This document shows positions 38,191 through 52,200 of a stretch of 64,000 nucleotides of DNA, piece after piece. The stretch is from Guillardia theta CCMP2712. Its lineage: Eukaryota > Protista > Cryptophyta. The position numbers were made by a program, and so were the translations under genes. The notes beneath the pieces were generated by a model. The model saw only the letters and a program-made list of their open reading frames with translations, ran no database searches and had not been told where the DNA came from. Location of the stretch: assembly GCF_000315625.1 (NCBI RefSeq), contig NW_005434603.1, positions 186,001 through 250,000 of the forward strand. Direction: 5' to 3'. How positions within the stretch are numbered: position 1 is the stretch's first letter; the number at the start of each line of letters is the position of its first letter.

Positions 38191-41100
38191 CCCTCCTCCT
38201 TCGCTCTTTCATTCCCCCTCTCGCTCGCTCGCTCGCTCGCTCTCTTCCCACCCCCGGGGGTCTCACTTGGATGTCATGGAAGTCAGGCGTGAAGTACTTG
38301 GCAATTGTCAGCATGAGGCCGGAGCCATCGGAAAGCGGAAAAGCTCCTTGGATAAGCCCTTTTCCGAAGCTCCTAGGGGATCACCATTACAACGAGCCAT
38401 CCATCTCCTCGCCCGCTCCCTCGCTCCCTTCTTTCATCCTTGCGGTGTTAGACGGGGTCGAGGGAGCAGACTAACGAGGACGAAGAGAATCAAGAGGATG
38501 GGGAGGACGAGGATAAGGGTTCTTACATTGAGGACAAGGGAGGAAAGGAGGGGGGCAGCAGGAGGAGAAGACCTCTTGTTGCTTCCAATGACGTAAGCAC
38601 GGCAGTAGTCTTGCAAGGAGCCGGTAAGGACCTGTCCGCCCCTCCCTTCAGCAGGAAGTCGGCTCCGGGACCACGAGCCAGACCTCACTCGCTGATGCCG
38701 TCCTGCGGTCGACGACGACGATCAAAGGCGTCTCTGCGTCAATCGTCTTGCCATTGGGAACGAGGATGGTTTCCAGGTCTCCTGCCCTGGTCTGCACCTG
38801 AAAGTGGTCGAGGTCAGGAGGAGGTCATGGGAGTGGAGAGCGAGCGGAGGAGGAAGGAGTGAAAGCGTGAAGAACGTAAGGAGGGAGGAAGTCAGGAAGG
38901 AGTGGAGGGTCTGCGCAGGGGGAAGGGGGAGGGGTCATTGTGCAGGGCTACCCAGGCCACTTTCTTGGATGGTTCTCCTTCCACGTTCTCAAGCAGGTAA
39001 CCGGAGATCTCGATGGCCTCTTGAAGCAACCCGCCCTGAGGAAACATCAGCCAGCAACCATGGAGGGGGTTAGGAGGGAGATCACGGGGTTCCCTCTCAA
39101 GTCAAGGAGGAGGAGGTCACTCCTGCGGAGATGTCGTGTCACAGGAGCAGGGGAGACCAGGACTGCTCCAGCACTCACGATGAAAGATGCTTCAAAGCAT
39201 CCGCCATGTCTCCTCCGCTCCTCCCGTCGAACTCTTTCAGACGGATGTAACCAACCTGCCCACTCAATCATTCTCTTGTTCCCGCCATCCCTTGCTCCGC
39301 CTCTCCCAAATCGCTCTACTTCTCTTGACCTTCTTCTCCTCCTCCTCCTCCTCCTCCTCCTCCTCCTCCTCCTCATCCTACCTACATACCTTTTTCTGAT
39401 TGCTGGCTGCTATCAACTCATATGACAGAGAACTTTTCGAGCTTTTCTTCTTCCTCAACCGGAACGACTTGACCATCTCAGGGCCTGATCCTCACCTTGC
39501 CATCAGTGGAGGAAAATCCCCATCCTGCTCTCACCTTTCTCCTCCTTCTCGGAGACAACTAGCTCGACTTCCCGGTCCCCGGTGTCCTGCATCACCCGTG
39601 AGGATCCGGGGATCTCTCAGGATACATCTGCACACCTCGACGGCTCTCATCGCATCTGCTGAAGTCTTCCCCCTCATGTCAACATGGTTGATGAATAAAA
39701 CCTGGTGGCGATTCGTCAATGATTCCGGGAAAAATCCTCTCCTCCTCGTTATTTTCCTCCCATCTCCTCCTCCAACTCTACCGCCTCCCTCCTCCCTCCC
39801 CGCCCCCCCCAAAAAATGATCATTGACAAAAACATACTCCGACTCGCCCGATGACCGAATATCCAGTCCCAAAATCTAAAATAAAAAGGAGCTAGCAGAA
39901 ATTGCTCTTTTTCATTATGATGTACTGCCGTTAGAGGTGAGAGGGCGAATATATATGATCTTGTCTTGCNNNNNNNNNNNNNNNNNNNNNNNNNNNNNNN
40001 NNNNNNNNNNNNNNNNNNNNNNNNNNNNNNNNNNNNNNNNNNNNNNNNNNNNNNNNNNNNNNNNNNNNNTCCTCCTCCTCCTCCTCCTCCCCCAGACCAC
40101 GAGACCAATCTACGCTCAGAAGAACATACTTTGTCTCCCATGCGGACGCCAGCTATGTATCCTTGCGAATCTTGGGAGAGGGAGGTCAGCGGAGGGGTCT
40201 TGGAGGCAGAAGAAGTGACCGGGAAGGGAGGGGCAGAGATGATGACTGAGTCTTGCTTTGTCATGAAGACCAACCCTAACAGTCATTCATGAAAATTCAA
40301 TCGACTCCCTCCCTCCCTCCCTCCCTCCCTGCCCTCTCATTATCTGTCATTCTCTCTCTGGTTCCCTTCTATTCCTCCCTCCGTCCCTCCGTCCCTCCGT
40401 CCCTCCGTCCCTCCGTCCCTCCGTCCCTCCCTCCGCTCTTCTCCGCTTGTCATTGTCTCATCCCGTTCTCAATGTCTCACTGTCTCACCGATTCCCGTGG
40501 GGTCGTACTTCGAGAGTGTTTTGAGCTGACAGGAATATCAGCGATACAGTCTGCAAGGTTGCAGTAGCAACTTCATCAGGAGGGATGAATCGTGAGTAGA
40601 CATCTCCTAGTTGTTTCACAATCTTCTTTATCTGCAGTTTGCAGGATCGGTATGCAATCTGAGCAAGGACAGAACAAACTAGTCACCAACCTCTTGGTAA
40701 GCTGCGCTTTGAGTAGAGAATGATCGACTCTTCAAGTCTGCTCGCACATCCTGTATATCAACACCATTGTAAACATGCCTCTCCGCGCTGTCTCTGCACA
40801 ATGATCAGACTCGAGGGCTTCTGACCGACTTGGATCATAGTCCTACTTGGGGCCCAAGGGGTTGGTCTTGTCGAAGTACTTGGCATCAATCAGGTCCAAC
40901 ACCTTGCCCTTGGTTGAGAAGGACGAGGATCGAGATAGTCGCTATCGACATACTTCATCGACGATGGTATGATGCTGAGCAAGCGCAAGTCATACTACGT
41001 GGTTGACACCCAGGGAAGTACCTCGTCATCGGGGAAGATAGTCTTTGTCTGTGAACAAGGTCACCATTCTAAAGAGGGCTGTCATCATACCTGAGTGTGA

Positions 41101-41377
41101 TCATCGCAGGAAAATGCCGATCCTGAGCATCTGGAGCATGCAGTGAGGAGCTTGTCATGCTTGCAAGCTGTGGGAAGCGCATGGGGTACCTGCTCATCGC
41201 ACTTTCCTTCAGCGGAGGGTCGTCAGGTCCGGCAGACAAGGACACCTGGAAGGATGGGTACAACGGGGTTACAAGGATGATAGCAGCATGCTTTGCTGAA
41301 CATGGCATCACCTCTGAATCTATCAATCCACACAGGAGGCAAAGAGAAAGCGCCATGAAAACGGAGAACATCCGCAT
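37681..41377 (-). CDS. ctpA: C-terminal processing peptidase (S41A, CtpA/Tsp-like) with PDZ domain; both ends approximate
   Basis: Exon fragments LGDVYSRFIPP, AGVRMGDK|VLFIN (PDZ), VGYIRLKEF, LLDLRGNP|GG, TASASE (catalytic Ser), FGKGLIQ (catalytic Lys), LTIAKYFTP, GIRPD; hydrophobic N-terminus. Confidence 0.85.
39970..40069. other. Assembly gap (100 N), apparently within a ctpA intron
   Basis: Run of N between two PDZ-coding exons. Confidence 0.95.
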
Positions 41378-41887
41378 CTTGTTCGGTCTGCGCGTCCTTG
41401 ACCTTGGAGGCAGAGTAAGCCAAACAAAGAGGAGGCTTGAAGAGTAAGGAACAACCTCTCGAGCATCTTCTGGATCTTCGGTTGTTGCCACGTCTCCTGC
41501 CCATCTCGACTCATGCAGCTCTGCCCACACGTCTCGTTATGCTGCCTCCCCCTTCAACCAACGCATACCCTTGAGCTCGATGCATGAAAGAAGGCAGGTT
41601 GTTTGCTGTGCAGCAGCTGGTCCCATGGACCATATCCTCTTGCAGGCCTCCTCGTCATACACGCGAATATCCCTCCTCCTCCTCCTGCTCCTCCTCCTCC
41701 CTCCTGCCATCCCGCCATTGCGCGCCATTGCGCAATGACGCCGACGAGCCGCATTTTTACCCAGGGATCAAGGCAGAAAAGCTTGAATGCAAAGGAATTT
41801 GCTAAGATGACTCAGTGTCTTTATGTATTACTATGTTTTGGCTCTGAGGGGAGCTGCAGAAGGGTCGGGAAGGGCAGGATACAGAAA

Positions 41888-43056
41888 ATGGCCGTGCGGG
41901 TCATGACGACGATGCGAAGCCTGAGCAAAGTCGGTGTGGACTTGGACGTCTTGAAGAGACAGACCGAGGTCGATGCATGCTGTGATGCGAGGAGAGGGGA
42001 GAGGAGAGGGGAAGGGGAGGAGGGATGGGAGGGGAGGAGTTCACGAGGAGATGCGATACGATGCGGTATGAATGGGATGTGGTATGGTATAGTATGGTAT
42101 AGTATAGAGTGGTATGATGTAGTTGTTTTGATACAAGCCTGTGTGCTTGCTTTGACTCGGTCCTGTCAGTGTCTTATGAGCGCCGCACACCTGGACGATT
42201 GGAGTCTCGGTACCGCTATTTCCTTGCTTGTTTTCCTGATCCCCTTCTCCTACTGAAAATCTTCTCTTGGGGATGATTGTGAACGGAGATTGTCTTTCCC
42301 AAGTCTTTTATCCTGACAGCGGATGTTACCATTTCAGATGTGCATCTCGCGAACAACCACAACATGAAGACCTTTAACAGCAAATACCGCGGCAAAGACA
42401 AGGCCACCGACATCTTGACGTTCCCTTTCCACGAGCATCTTTATCCTGGACAGGAAACAACCAGCAATGGTTGGCGGCATGGAAATGAATGACGAGTACT
42501 ACTCAGGCACTCAAGAACATCCCGAAGGAGGAGCGGGTCCTGGGAGAGATTGTCATCGCCATTCCTTACGTGAGGTGAGCATGGGGATCATGAGCCTTGC
42601 TCTCTGTGACCTCAAGGACGTCCTCCATCAGTCGATGGTGTGTGAAGAACAAAGTCCCCATCGCAACGAGGCTGCCAGGTCAAAAAGCTGTTCCTGTTGT
42701 GCGTCATGCTCAAGACTGGATTCAGAGCTCATGGCGCATGGGATTTGTCACTGTCTGCACTACGATCATGAGAACGAATTCGATTATCGGTAAGGCGCGT
42801 CTGTCTACCAACACCCTGAACCGGGGTGATTATGAATGCCATTCGCTCACACATGGTACTTGTCAGTATCATGAAGGCAAGGGAGCTTCTGTTATTGAGG
42901 AAGGTGAGGACGGAGAGTTGGGAGGCAGCGGTGTACATGGGTGGCTCAGTCAGACATGTTTCCCAGATGCAGTCCTCACTGCAAGTCGATTCCAGCCAGC
43001 CAGCGGAGGAAACGCTGAAACCACATCCTCTGACTCAAGTGCAGCCGGAGGAGTAG
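41888..43056 (+). CDS. ybeY: YbeY-family endoribonuclease (UPF0054)
   Basis: NSKYRGKDKATDILTFP, LGEIVI and the zinc motif HGICHCLHYDH (H-x3-H-x5-H) across short exons. Confidence 0.88.
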
Positions 43057-43386
43057 GTAGAAAATGCGGCGCAAGATGTGGGCCTGTCCCCCACACAATA
43101 AGAGCCGGGCCCGGCGATGAAAGTTATGTTGTCATTAATATTCTGAATTTGATCTGCAATGGTTTGGATCGCGTGCTAACACCGACTAGCCTGATCTTTC
43201 AGTTCTGCCTCATACTAGTGACGAGCGGTAGACCATAACGTCCTGCTCCTCAGTCGAGTGCTCGGTCGGCCTCGAGCATGACTCTGCATCGGCCTCACAG
43301 CTGCGCCAGACTCACTGAGACGAACTTCCGAAGTACGTCTCGGGTGTCAAGCCCGGGGCGCGCGGCCCGGGGAGCCGAATCACGGT

Positions 43387-45486
43387 TTACTCAAGAGGAG
43401 TCAGAAAGCTAGTCGTTGTGGGCTGATGTCCAGCCATTGACCCTTCAGACGGGCACTTGGCGCAGAAGGAAGAAAAGTTCGTCTCTTGTTCTTGTTCCTC
43501 CAGTGTCAGCGTGCTGCTTGTATCTTGACCGTCGTCGCTCCCCCCTTGCTTCGTAGAGGCACTGACTGCAATGAAAGAGATCGTCTGATCTGCCCCTCCT
43601 CTCTCCCCCACTTGCTCCATCGGGAGGTACCCGGTAAGGTCTCGATACCCCCCAACCTCCCAGTTTGACTCCGCCATCTCGATCAGCGCTTGTACGGCAG
43701 AGAGCATGTGATCTGCAGGGAGGAAGCTCAGCGTGAATTTCTCGTGTTCGTGCGCAGCATTTCGTTCCACCCCCATCAGGATTTGTTGGTCTGCGCTCCT
43801 AAAGGTCCCCAGGGCCATTTTTCCGGGTCGGGACAGGATCTCCTCTATCCACCGGCAGACGTCCTCTGCCTCTTCCGTCACTTCATGTACAACTCTGCGC
43901 AGCTCTTGCCCCGAGCAGCGGATCGTGTTGGGTTGATGCTTAGACTCCACGTGGCACATGAAGGGCTCCTTTGGAACCAAGTCCTCCTCGCGCTCTGTCG
44001 CGTCTGATATTCTGTTGTCCACCGCCCCCAGCCTGGCCTGTTGTTGATTGCAGATTCGATTGAAAAACTCCTGATCTTCCTCCATGCAGGCTGCCTCAAA
44101 TCTCTCAATCTTGCTACGCATCTCCAACTGCAGCTCAGCCTCTGAGGAGTCCAGCTCCGTCCTGGATGACGTTGTAGTCCGGGAGAGCTCAGCGAGTTCG
44201 CGTCCGAGGCTGAGCTCGCTCATACCTCGCTGCGGCTCCATCGGTTCTTCGTTGCTGCATCCCTCTTTTGCGTGCCGTCCTGCTGAATCTTCTGCATCGA
44301 GTATCATGACATTGACCTGCTGTTCTCCCCATGCCTTTGGATCACGCACACTACTGCAGGTAAGTGCAGTCCTCTGAACTTTGCCGCTGCCCCTGGTGTT
44401 TCTTCGCCTCGAAGTAGCAGGAGAGTTGAAATGAATCAAATCCAACTTTGGAATCACTTGTAATGCGTCAGAGAACTGTGTGTCTACCTGAACCGCTATG
44501 GCTCGATGTTGTAAATATGCACTCGCCACGCCCGCGTGAAAAGTTTGGAACGTGAGCACTATGTTGTGGTGTTCGTCAGCGCCCGGAGGGCTGATAGCAA
44601 GGAAAGCATAGAGTTTCGCCTCTATTCCCCATTTCCAGGGCCGAAAGGAGTCGGAGAAGTAATTGTCCTCAATGCTGGACTCCTCGCACATAACACGCCG
44701 ATCCGCGCCGAGATCCGCAAGGAACTTCGCCATGGACGGGTCCGACCTTGTTGTAGCCGGGGATTCCACCAAGCGTCTCCGCACCACAGTGTCTGTGCTG
44801 AAGGTGGACGCATTGAAGTCCCCTCCTATGAAATGGAGTTGCGTTGTTGCAAGGGAGAACTCTAGCAGAGATCTGAAGAACTTCTCCCGCTCCCTGATTG
44901 CATTCCTGGTAGGGAACTGATGCACGTTCGTGATGATTGCCTTGCCTACTCGCACCGACAAGATTCGATGCGGAAAGAGCATCGTTGGAGAGCGCATGAC
45001 GGGGGCAGGTGCGAGCGCTGCGTGAACGAGGGTGGCCAGGCGAAAGTCGATATACCCATTGGCCTTGGTTGGCTTTCCGTGAGCCATGAAGATCCTGTAG
45101 TAGCCCCAGTTCAGCTTGATAAGCTTGCGCAACTTTGTCTCATGCCGATTGGAGACACAAACGCCTTGCAGGAGGATAATTCCTGGTTTGAAAGGCTCGA
45201 TCAAAGCAGCGAGCACTCGCAGCAGAGTAGCGTGGTCGCAGCCGTTGACATTTTGCGAGACTATGAAGCCTGGCTCCGAGCATCTCTGCTGAATTTCCAA
45301 CCAGCTCTCCCGGCTCCTTACCTCAGAGCTCTGTTGCTCCAATGGCTCCTTGCTTTCCCAGTCGAGCTCCGCAGGCTCCCAATCTAGGTTGGTGAAACAT
45401 GTTGGCGGATCTTCCGATGTGTCCTCGTGCGTTTCGAGCTCGCTCTCGCTCGATACTGGATCCTTACACGATGCGTCCTCTTGCAT
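43387..45486 (-). mobile_element. Intronless ORF with a degenerate APE/EEP endonuclease domain, probably LINE-derived; no RT domain seen
   Basis: SQNVNG, IILLQG, RILSV, TNVH, IGGDFNA; several catalytic residues altered. Confidence 0.6.
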
Positions 45487-46211
45487 CTTGAGTTCACCTC
45501 ATACGGACAAGCACGCAGATCTGAGGGAGGAGACGGCGACGAGGGAGACAACCGAAATCATGCGCGCTACCTTCATGGGCATCAAAGGTACCATAGTGGT
45601 AAATCAGCGGGAAGACAGCTGTAGGAAGCTGAAGAGGGATTGATAGACATGGAAGCGTCAAAGGAGATGCCGCAGCCCTTCGTAGTTCACCACAGGGAGT
45701 GAACGAGGCAGAGCAGGATGCAAGCGGGGGCTTCACGAAGATGAGAACGGGAGAGGGGGAGTAATCAGGAGCAGCAAGCAGGGCAGAGGACTATCATGCA
45801 AGGCTGTGTGTGCACAGCAGCTGACCTGACCTTGGAAGCTGCTCTAGCAGCAGCAGCACGCAGCATTTCGGCAAGCCGCAGGCATGTTTGTAGCCTCCTC
45901 GACTGATTGTCCTCGTACTGATTTTTAACTTAAAATTTTGAGTAAAAGAGTTTGTAAACGGTTTGCCGGGCCATGCCACCCGGCCTTTGCCGGGCCCGGT
46001 CCGATTGACAGTGGGACAGTAGCCGAGCCCGCCTAGTACGAAATTCCAACAGAGCGGGGATGAGGGTAGGGAGCCAACGGCTGATGGCGGCGATGCTCGG
46101 GTGCCGTGTGGCGATTGGGAGATGGCGGAGGAAGCAAAGGTAGAGGAGAAGGGAGGAAGGAGTTCAAAACCAAGAGGTAGATAGTTCAAGAGGAAGCTTG
46201 TTCCTACCACT

Positions 46212-49200
46212 ATGCCCAAGTTCGATGATGAGACGCTGGCGAAGCTGCAGGAGAAGCTCATCGCCGCCGGGTACACGGACGGGGAGTGGAGGAGCATCAT
46301 GCTTGAGCACTATAATGAGGACTACGAGCACATGGCAGAATTTGCGAAGCGGAGGGCGGAGGAGCGAGAGAAGAGGAGGCTGGCCATGGATATATCCAAG
46401 GAAACCAGCTTCCTGTCCTCCCATGGCGCTTCCAGGACGGACCCGGCGCTCACTGGGAACGTGCAAGCTCTGCTCGAGAACACTTTTCAAGATTATTTCA
46501 CCACCCCTCCTGTCTCGGATCAAGATCGGAAGCTTCCTTTTGAGCTTGCCCCGCCCTCCCAGCCCATCTCCCACACCATCGGTACTACTGCGCCGGGAAA
46601 GGGCGGAGTGGCGAGCTCTGGGCCGGTTAGGATCAAGGCGATCATGGAGGAAGAGGAAGAGAAGGAGGGGGTAGCCGAAGAAAAGCCTTCGGAAGAAGCT
46701 CAGGCAGAGGGCGAGGAGGAGGGAGGAGAGACGAAAAAGAAGGCACCTGAGCCCATCGACGAAGACGAGCTTATGTTCATCTGGAACCGACGGGAGGCCC
46801 CGCAGCACCGGCGGCCCAAGGTCGATCAAGCTCTGGAGCAGAAGCTCCAGGATGTGCAGAAGATCGAGGAGACGATGAACGTCCGGCGCAACGAGATCAT
46901 CGAGCAGGACAAGGCGTTCTGGGCCACGATTGGAGTCAGCGACGAGCACCCGGACGGGACCATAGCCTCCGGGCAGTTCTCTCAGTTCCTTGCCAAGACG
47001 GAGAAGAAGCCGACGGCTCTGGTCATGGACGGGCAGCACCAGACAGCTCGCTGGGCTCTGGAGGTGGCAGAGGAGGCCGAGCAACCGGATTTTCGCAGCG
47101 CCATCCTGCCTATCGGACCCCCCAAGGTCGAGCACGACGAGAGCATACTCAAGGAAAATTTCCTCATCAGCACGAGGGCCGACCTGGAGACGATGGAACA
47201 GTCGATGCTGAGAGAGTCGCTGGGCCCTTCGAAGCTGGAGATGCCCCCGGACGCCGACCCGCACTACATGAACACTACCTTCTTCAAGACGGCCCACTCG
47301 ATGAACGCGGCCTCCAAGTCGCCGCGTCCCGACGAGGGCACGATGAAGACCGTGGGGATGCAAACGACGCAGGCGCTGCAGGAGATGGCCAAGGAGACTG
47401 AGCAGAGGATACAAGAGGTGCAGAGGAGGCTGAAGAAGACGATCATCAAGGATGCTGGGGAGAAATTGGACATCCCTGCTATCCTCCTCCGCAAGTTCAA
47501 CTATCTCAAGAATCCTCGCTATAAAGACCCCCCCGTGGACTTCAGGGGGCTGGTGGACAGCATTCAGCAGGGAACGATCAAGGAGGAGACGAAGAAGGGA
47601 GAGGAGACTTTCAGCCTAGTCGGCCCTGCCGTCTTCGTCCCGAAGCCTCAGGTCGTGCAGTTCACTGAGTATGAGGTGGACAAGACGTATGAGCTTCCGC
47701 TGAAGCTGCAGAACGTCACGGGCATCTTGAGGAGGATCAGGATCATGCCCCCAGCCTCGGAGCACTTCTCCGTGTCGCTAGTGAAGTACCTCGGGGAGGA
47801 CGGGCTAGTCGCTCCAGGCATGTACTGCATGGTACACATTCGCTTCAACCCAGACACGCTTGCTGACTACGAAGACACGCTGCACGTGGTGACAGAGAAG
47901 GGGCTGATCGCCATCCCCCTCCTCGCTCGCCGCCTCCCTCCGAACCTGACGCTCCCCGACGTGATCGACATCGGGAACTGCTTCGTGGACGACATGAAGC
48001 GCGTGGTTATCCCGTGCAGGAACCAGGGAGGGAAGGGGCAGTTCATCCTTGTGCCGGACTCAGAGTGGCCCCAGCCGCCGGACGACGTGAAGAATCGGGA
48101 GGTAGTGAGCATGCCCCCGTTCCGCTTCAGCCCGTCGAGCTGGGAGCTCAACGGCGGAGAGGAGCTGGACATCACCGTGGAGTTCTGCCCGGCACGGAAT
48201 GGCAAGTTCTCCGTTGGCTTCCGGCTCGTCTGCGACAACTGCTCCGTGCAGCAGTACCAGCTGGTGGGTACCGCCATCACCCCCTCCTTCCAGCTGGTGC
48301 AGCTGGACTCCCTGCTGGTCGTGCCCCCCCTCTCCGAGATGCTGCGGCCCCGGGTCGACCTCTCGTTCCCCAACCTCGCCCCCGGCGCTTACCAGGAGAA
48401 GCTGGTGACGCTGCAGAACAGGACACCCCTGGAGATGGACTTCAGGTGGGAGGTCGATCATACCCCCACCCCCCACACGAACCTCAACTCGTACGTGAGC
48501 AAGTGGGGTAAGGTCGGGCAGAGCCACCAGGTCTTCTCCATCCTCCCCATCAGCGGCACCTTCGCTCCCAACCAGACTCTCAGCTTCCAAATCCAGTTCG
48601 CTCCCGTCGACTGCGCCGCGTACGAGGGGGTTGCCCGCCTGCTCGTCCCGAACCTCCCATGCCCGAGGGAGGAGGGGGAGGGAGAGGGGGACTTCGGGGC
48701 CTCGGGGTACAGGTACAAGGAGTACGAGATGTCGAGAGTGCAGCTGAAGGGGACGGGGCATGAGTGCGAGGTCGCCATCGACCCGCTGGTGCTGGTGGTG
48801 GCGCAGAAGTTGAGCGTCGGGAAGGTCTACTGTCGACCTGTGACTGTCAGGAACTTGAGTGACGCCCCCGTCTCGATCTCGTGGGAGAAGTATCCCGACC
48901 TGCTCTATCAGACCGTCAGGGTCCTGCCCGACAAGCTCGTCCTCGCTCCGAGGGAGGAGAAGAAGCTCAAGGTCGAGATCGCTCCCAAGGTCGTCGCTCC
49001 CCTGCAGGTAGTCCATCCCTCCCGCTCCTCCTCCCGCTCCTCCCTGGTCTGTTCTAGGATGCTCTTCAATCCTTTCCCTTGCTGTCCCTCCCATCCCTTG
49101 CCTTCTCCTCTTTCCTCTTTCCTCTTTCCTCCTCCTCACCTCTCCTCCAGGTCTCCCTTGCGTGCAACGTAGAGCACGGCTCCTCTCAGATCTTCACTGT

Positions 49201-52200
49201 CATCGCCGAGACGGACGGGCCCCGCGTCCGTATCACCAGCACTCACCTTGACTTTGGGCTGATGCGGGTGGGCTGGAGAGCAAAGAAGAAAATCTCCTTC
49301 CTCAACATCTGCGACGTCTCCGCCCGTTGGTCAGTCTCCCTCTACCGCGCCGGCACCTCCGATCCATGGGGCCCGACCATGACCGTGTCTCCATCCCATG
49401 GCATCCTCGACGCCGGCAAGACGGCGACGGTGGAGGTGGAGTTCCGTCCGGAGGAGCCGGAAAGGATGAGGAGTACGCTGGTGGTGGAGGTGGAGGGAGG
49501 GCAGACCGAGTTCTTGTCCCTGCGGGGAGAGGTAGTGTTCTCCAAGGTGTGCCTCGACACTTCCGTGCTTGACCTCGGGACGATCTTCCTCGCCGTTCCG
49601 GTGACAAGGAGGATCACGATGAGGAACCTGACCCTCCTCCCCTCCACTCCCTTCCGCTGGGACATGCGAACCATCGAGGCGCTGCGGGACCCGAGCACCG
49701 CCTCCTTCAAGCTTCAGTTCAGAGTCGTCGAGGGGATCCTTGGCCCTGAGGAGGAGCAGCAGGTATATGGTGCAACCTGCGCTACTTGAAATCTGACTGA
49801 GCTGTCTCCTACTTGCCTCCTCCTGCTCTTCCTCCCTGTGTCTTCCCTCCTCCTCCTCCCTCCCTTCAGGTCGACATGACCATCGAGGCCATCAGCCTGG
49901 GTGAAGCAACGGAGGAGCAGAGCGCGCTAGAGGAGCAAGGGGAGCAGCTGGGATCGGTCAGCAACCCAGGTGCATAAACACAAGTTCATTCTTCTTCTTT
50001 GCTCTGTACACCTTCTTCCCACTTTTCCTCCCCTCCCCTCCTCTCCTCTCCACTCCTCTCCCCTCCTCTCCCCTCCTCCCCTCTCCTCTCCCTCCTCCCC
50101 TCCAATCTCCTCCTCACCTCCCCTGCAGGCATCCTCAACTCGCTCGTCCCCCTCCACGTGGAAGGCATGCCCGAGCTGACTGGCTTCGAGCTGCGAGCTC
50201 GCGTCATGGGGCTGGCCGTCACCTATCATCTCGGAACCATCGAGAGCATCGAGCCGGTCCCAGACGCGCTTCGTGGGACTCCAGCAGCGCTCAAGGTGGG
50301 GGTGAGGAAGGACTGGCCACGGGAGCTGGTGGGGGTTGAGAGCTCGGTGCCGATCGTGCTGGACTTCGGGGAGAGGAAGATGATGGAGAAGCACAGCATG
50401 ACGTTTGTAGTTCGCAACCACACCGGGATCGAGGCTGCGTTCAACCTCCACGCCGAGGAGTTCGGGGTGCCGGAGCACGAGATGGAGATGATCGCCCGAG
50501 CTGACGCGGGGGAGGAGGCGAGGCCGACAAGAGACCTCCTGCGCGGGTTCTCCTCGGCCTCCAGCACCTCCGACAGGCTGCGCCGGGGAGGAGAGCAGAC
50601 GACCAAGATCAGGTTCGCCGACACGACCATGGGCAAGGAGTCGCAGCCCCTGACGCAGACGCGCGCGTCTGAGAGGACGAGCACTTCCTTGAAGCCTTCC
50701 TCGGCTCCTCGCTCTCGCAAGCACACCGGCACCATCGCCTCCATCAGAATGGGAGCAACCATGCAGCGAGCGGTCTCGACCGGCCCGGCAGGAAGGTCCT
50801 TGACGCAGGCAGAGATCGCGATGAGGAAGAACCGAGTCAGCGCGCCCTACGTGAAAGACGCAGAGAGGCAGCTGGACGCGGGGCTGAGGAGGGGGCATGC
50901 GAGCATCCAGCTCCTTCAGTCCTCCAAGGTCAAGGAGGAGAACACTCGCCTCCGGTCCACCGCGCTCTGGTGCTTGCCAGGGGACCACTCGTCCATCGCC
51001 TCGCGTGGACGGTCGCACACGGGGCAGCAGGCAAGCAAGCTGATCCTCTCGGACGACCACGAGGAGGTGGAGAGGTTCCGGTCGATGCACGGGCAGAAGC
51101 TGCTGAACCAGAGGAGCGCGGCGCAGGAGGCGTTCAGGATGCTGGAGGGCGGGAAGGGCTTCGCTGTCACGTGCTCCACCTACACCGGGAGGATCGAGCC
51201 GTGGGGGGAGGTGGAGGTGCGAGTGGACCTCTTCTCAGATGTTTGCGGCATCTTCAGGGACAGGCTGGTGGTCGAGGTGATCGGCCTTCCGGTCGTGCAC
51301 ATCCCCGTGCTGGGGAAGCTGGTGGGGTCCCCGGTGGGGATGGAGGGGGGGTCCCTGGGGCTGAACCTCCTGGGGGAGGTGCCCTCAGTGGACTTTGGGG
51401 ACATCCTGATCAACGGGCAGAGCCAGACGCGGTCGCTACGGGTGAGGAACTCGTCGCCATGGCCCCTCCTCGTAGACTGGCAGCTGCTGGAGTCAGCTCC
51501 CCCCAACGAGAAGAACCTGATCCAGCTGAGCTCCGTGGTGGGCGAGGACGGGACCGTCTCCTACCAGCTCGCCGCCGTCGAGCCTCCGGAGGCCAAGAGC
51601 ACTCCCTTTACCCTGACGCCTCACAGAATGGCGATACCCGCTCACTCGACCAAGACCGTCGACGTCTCTTGCCAGTGGCACAAGCCCCAGCACCACGACA
51701 ACTTCCTGGTAGGCTCCGTCTCCTTCCTGTCCAAGGACATGGAGGGCAGCCTGGCAGAGGTGGAGGAGGAGGGGGCGGAGCTGCTGCTGGAGGAGCTGCG
51801 GGATCGGGAGACGGCGAGCGTGGCGGATTTACAGGAGAGGGCGACGGGGATGGAGCTGGTGGACGTCGAGCAGCTCGTGCTCGCCCTGCGCTGCGAGGTG
51901 ACGAACGCGAGGCTGGAGGCAGACTGCCACAAGCACCTCAAGTGGATCTGCAGCTCCTCCAACGACTGGAGGTCGCACGCGTCCTACGTGAAGGAGCTCG
52001 TGCTGTCGAACCGGGGAAGGTGCAACCAGACCTTTGCGCTCAAGACCAACTCCCCCTTCTCCATCGACTCCACCGTCTGCACTGCCCCCGTCCACCCCAT
52101 GGCGCGGGCAGGAGACATCGACCCTGCCTCCTCAAAGCCGCAGCTGTTCATCCTCCCGCCCAAGGACAATCTGGTCGTCCGCGTGCGCTTCACCCCCCCG

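Noticed and set aside
37332-38474. 380-aa plus-strand ORF
   Set aside because: Antisense to ctpA exons and built largely from intronic microsatellites
43387-45800. Active autonomous LINE element
   Set aside because: No reverse-transcriptase motifs, poly(A) tail or TSD seen; endonuclease catalytic residues are altered
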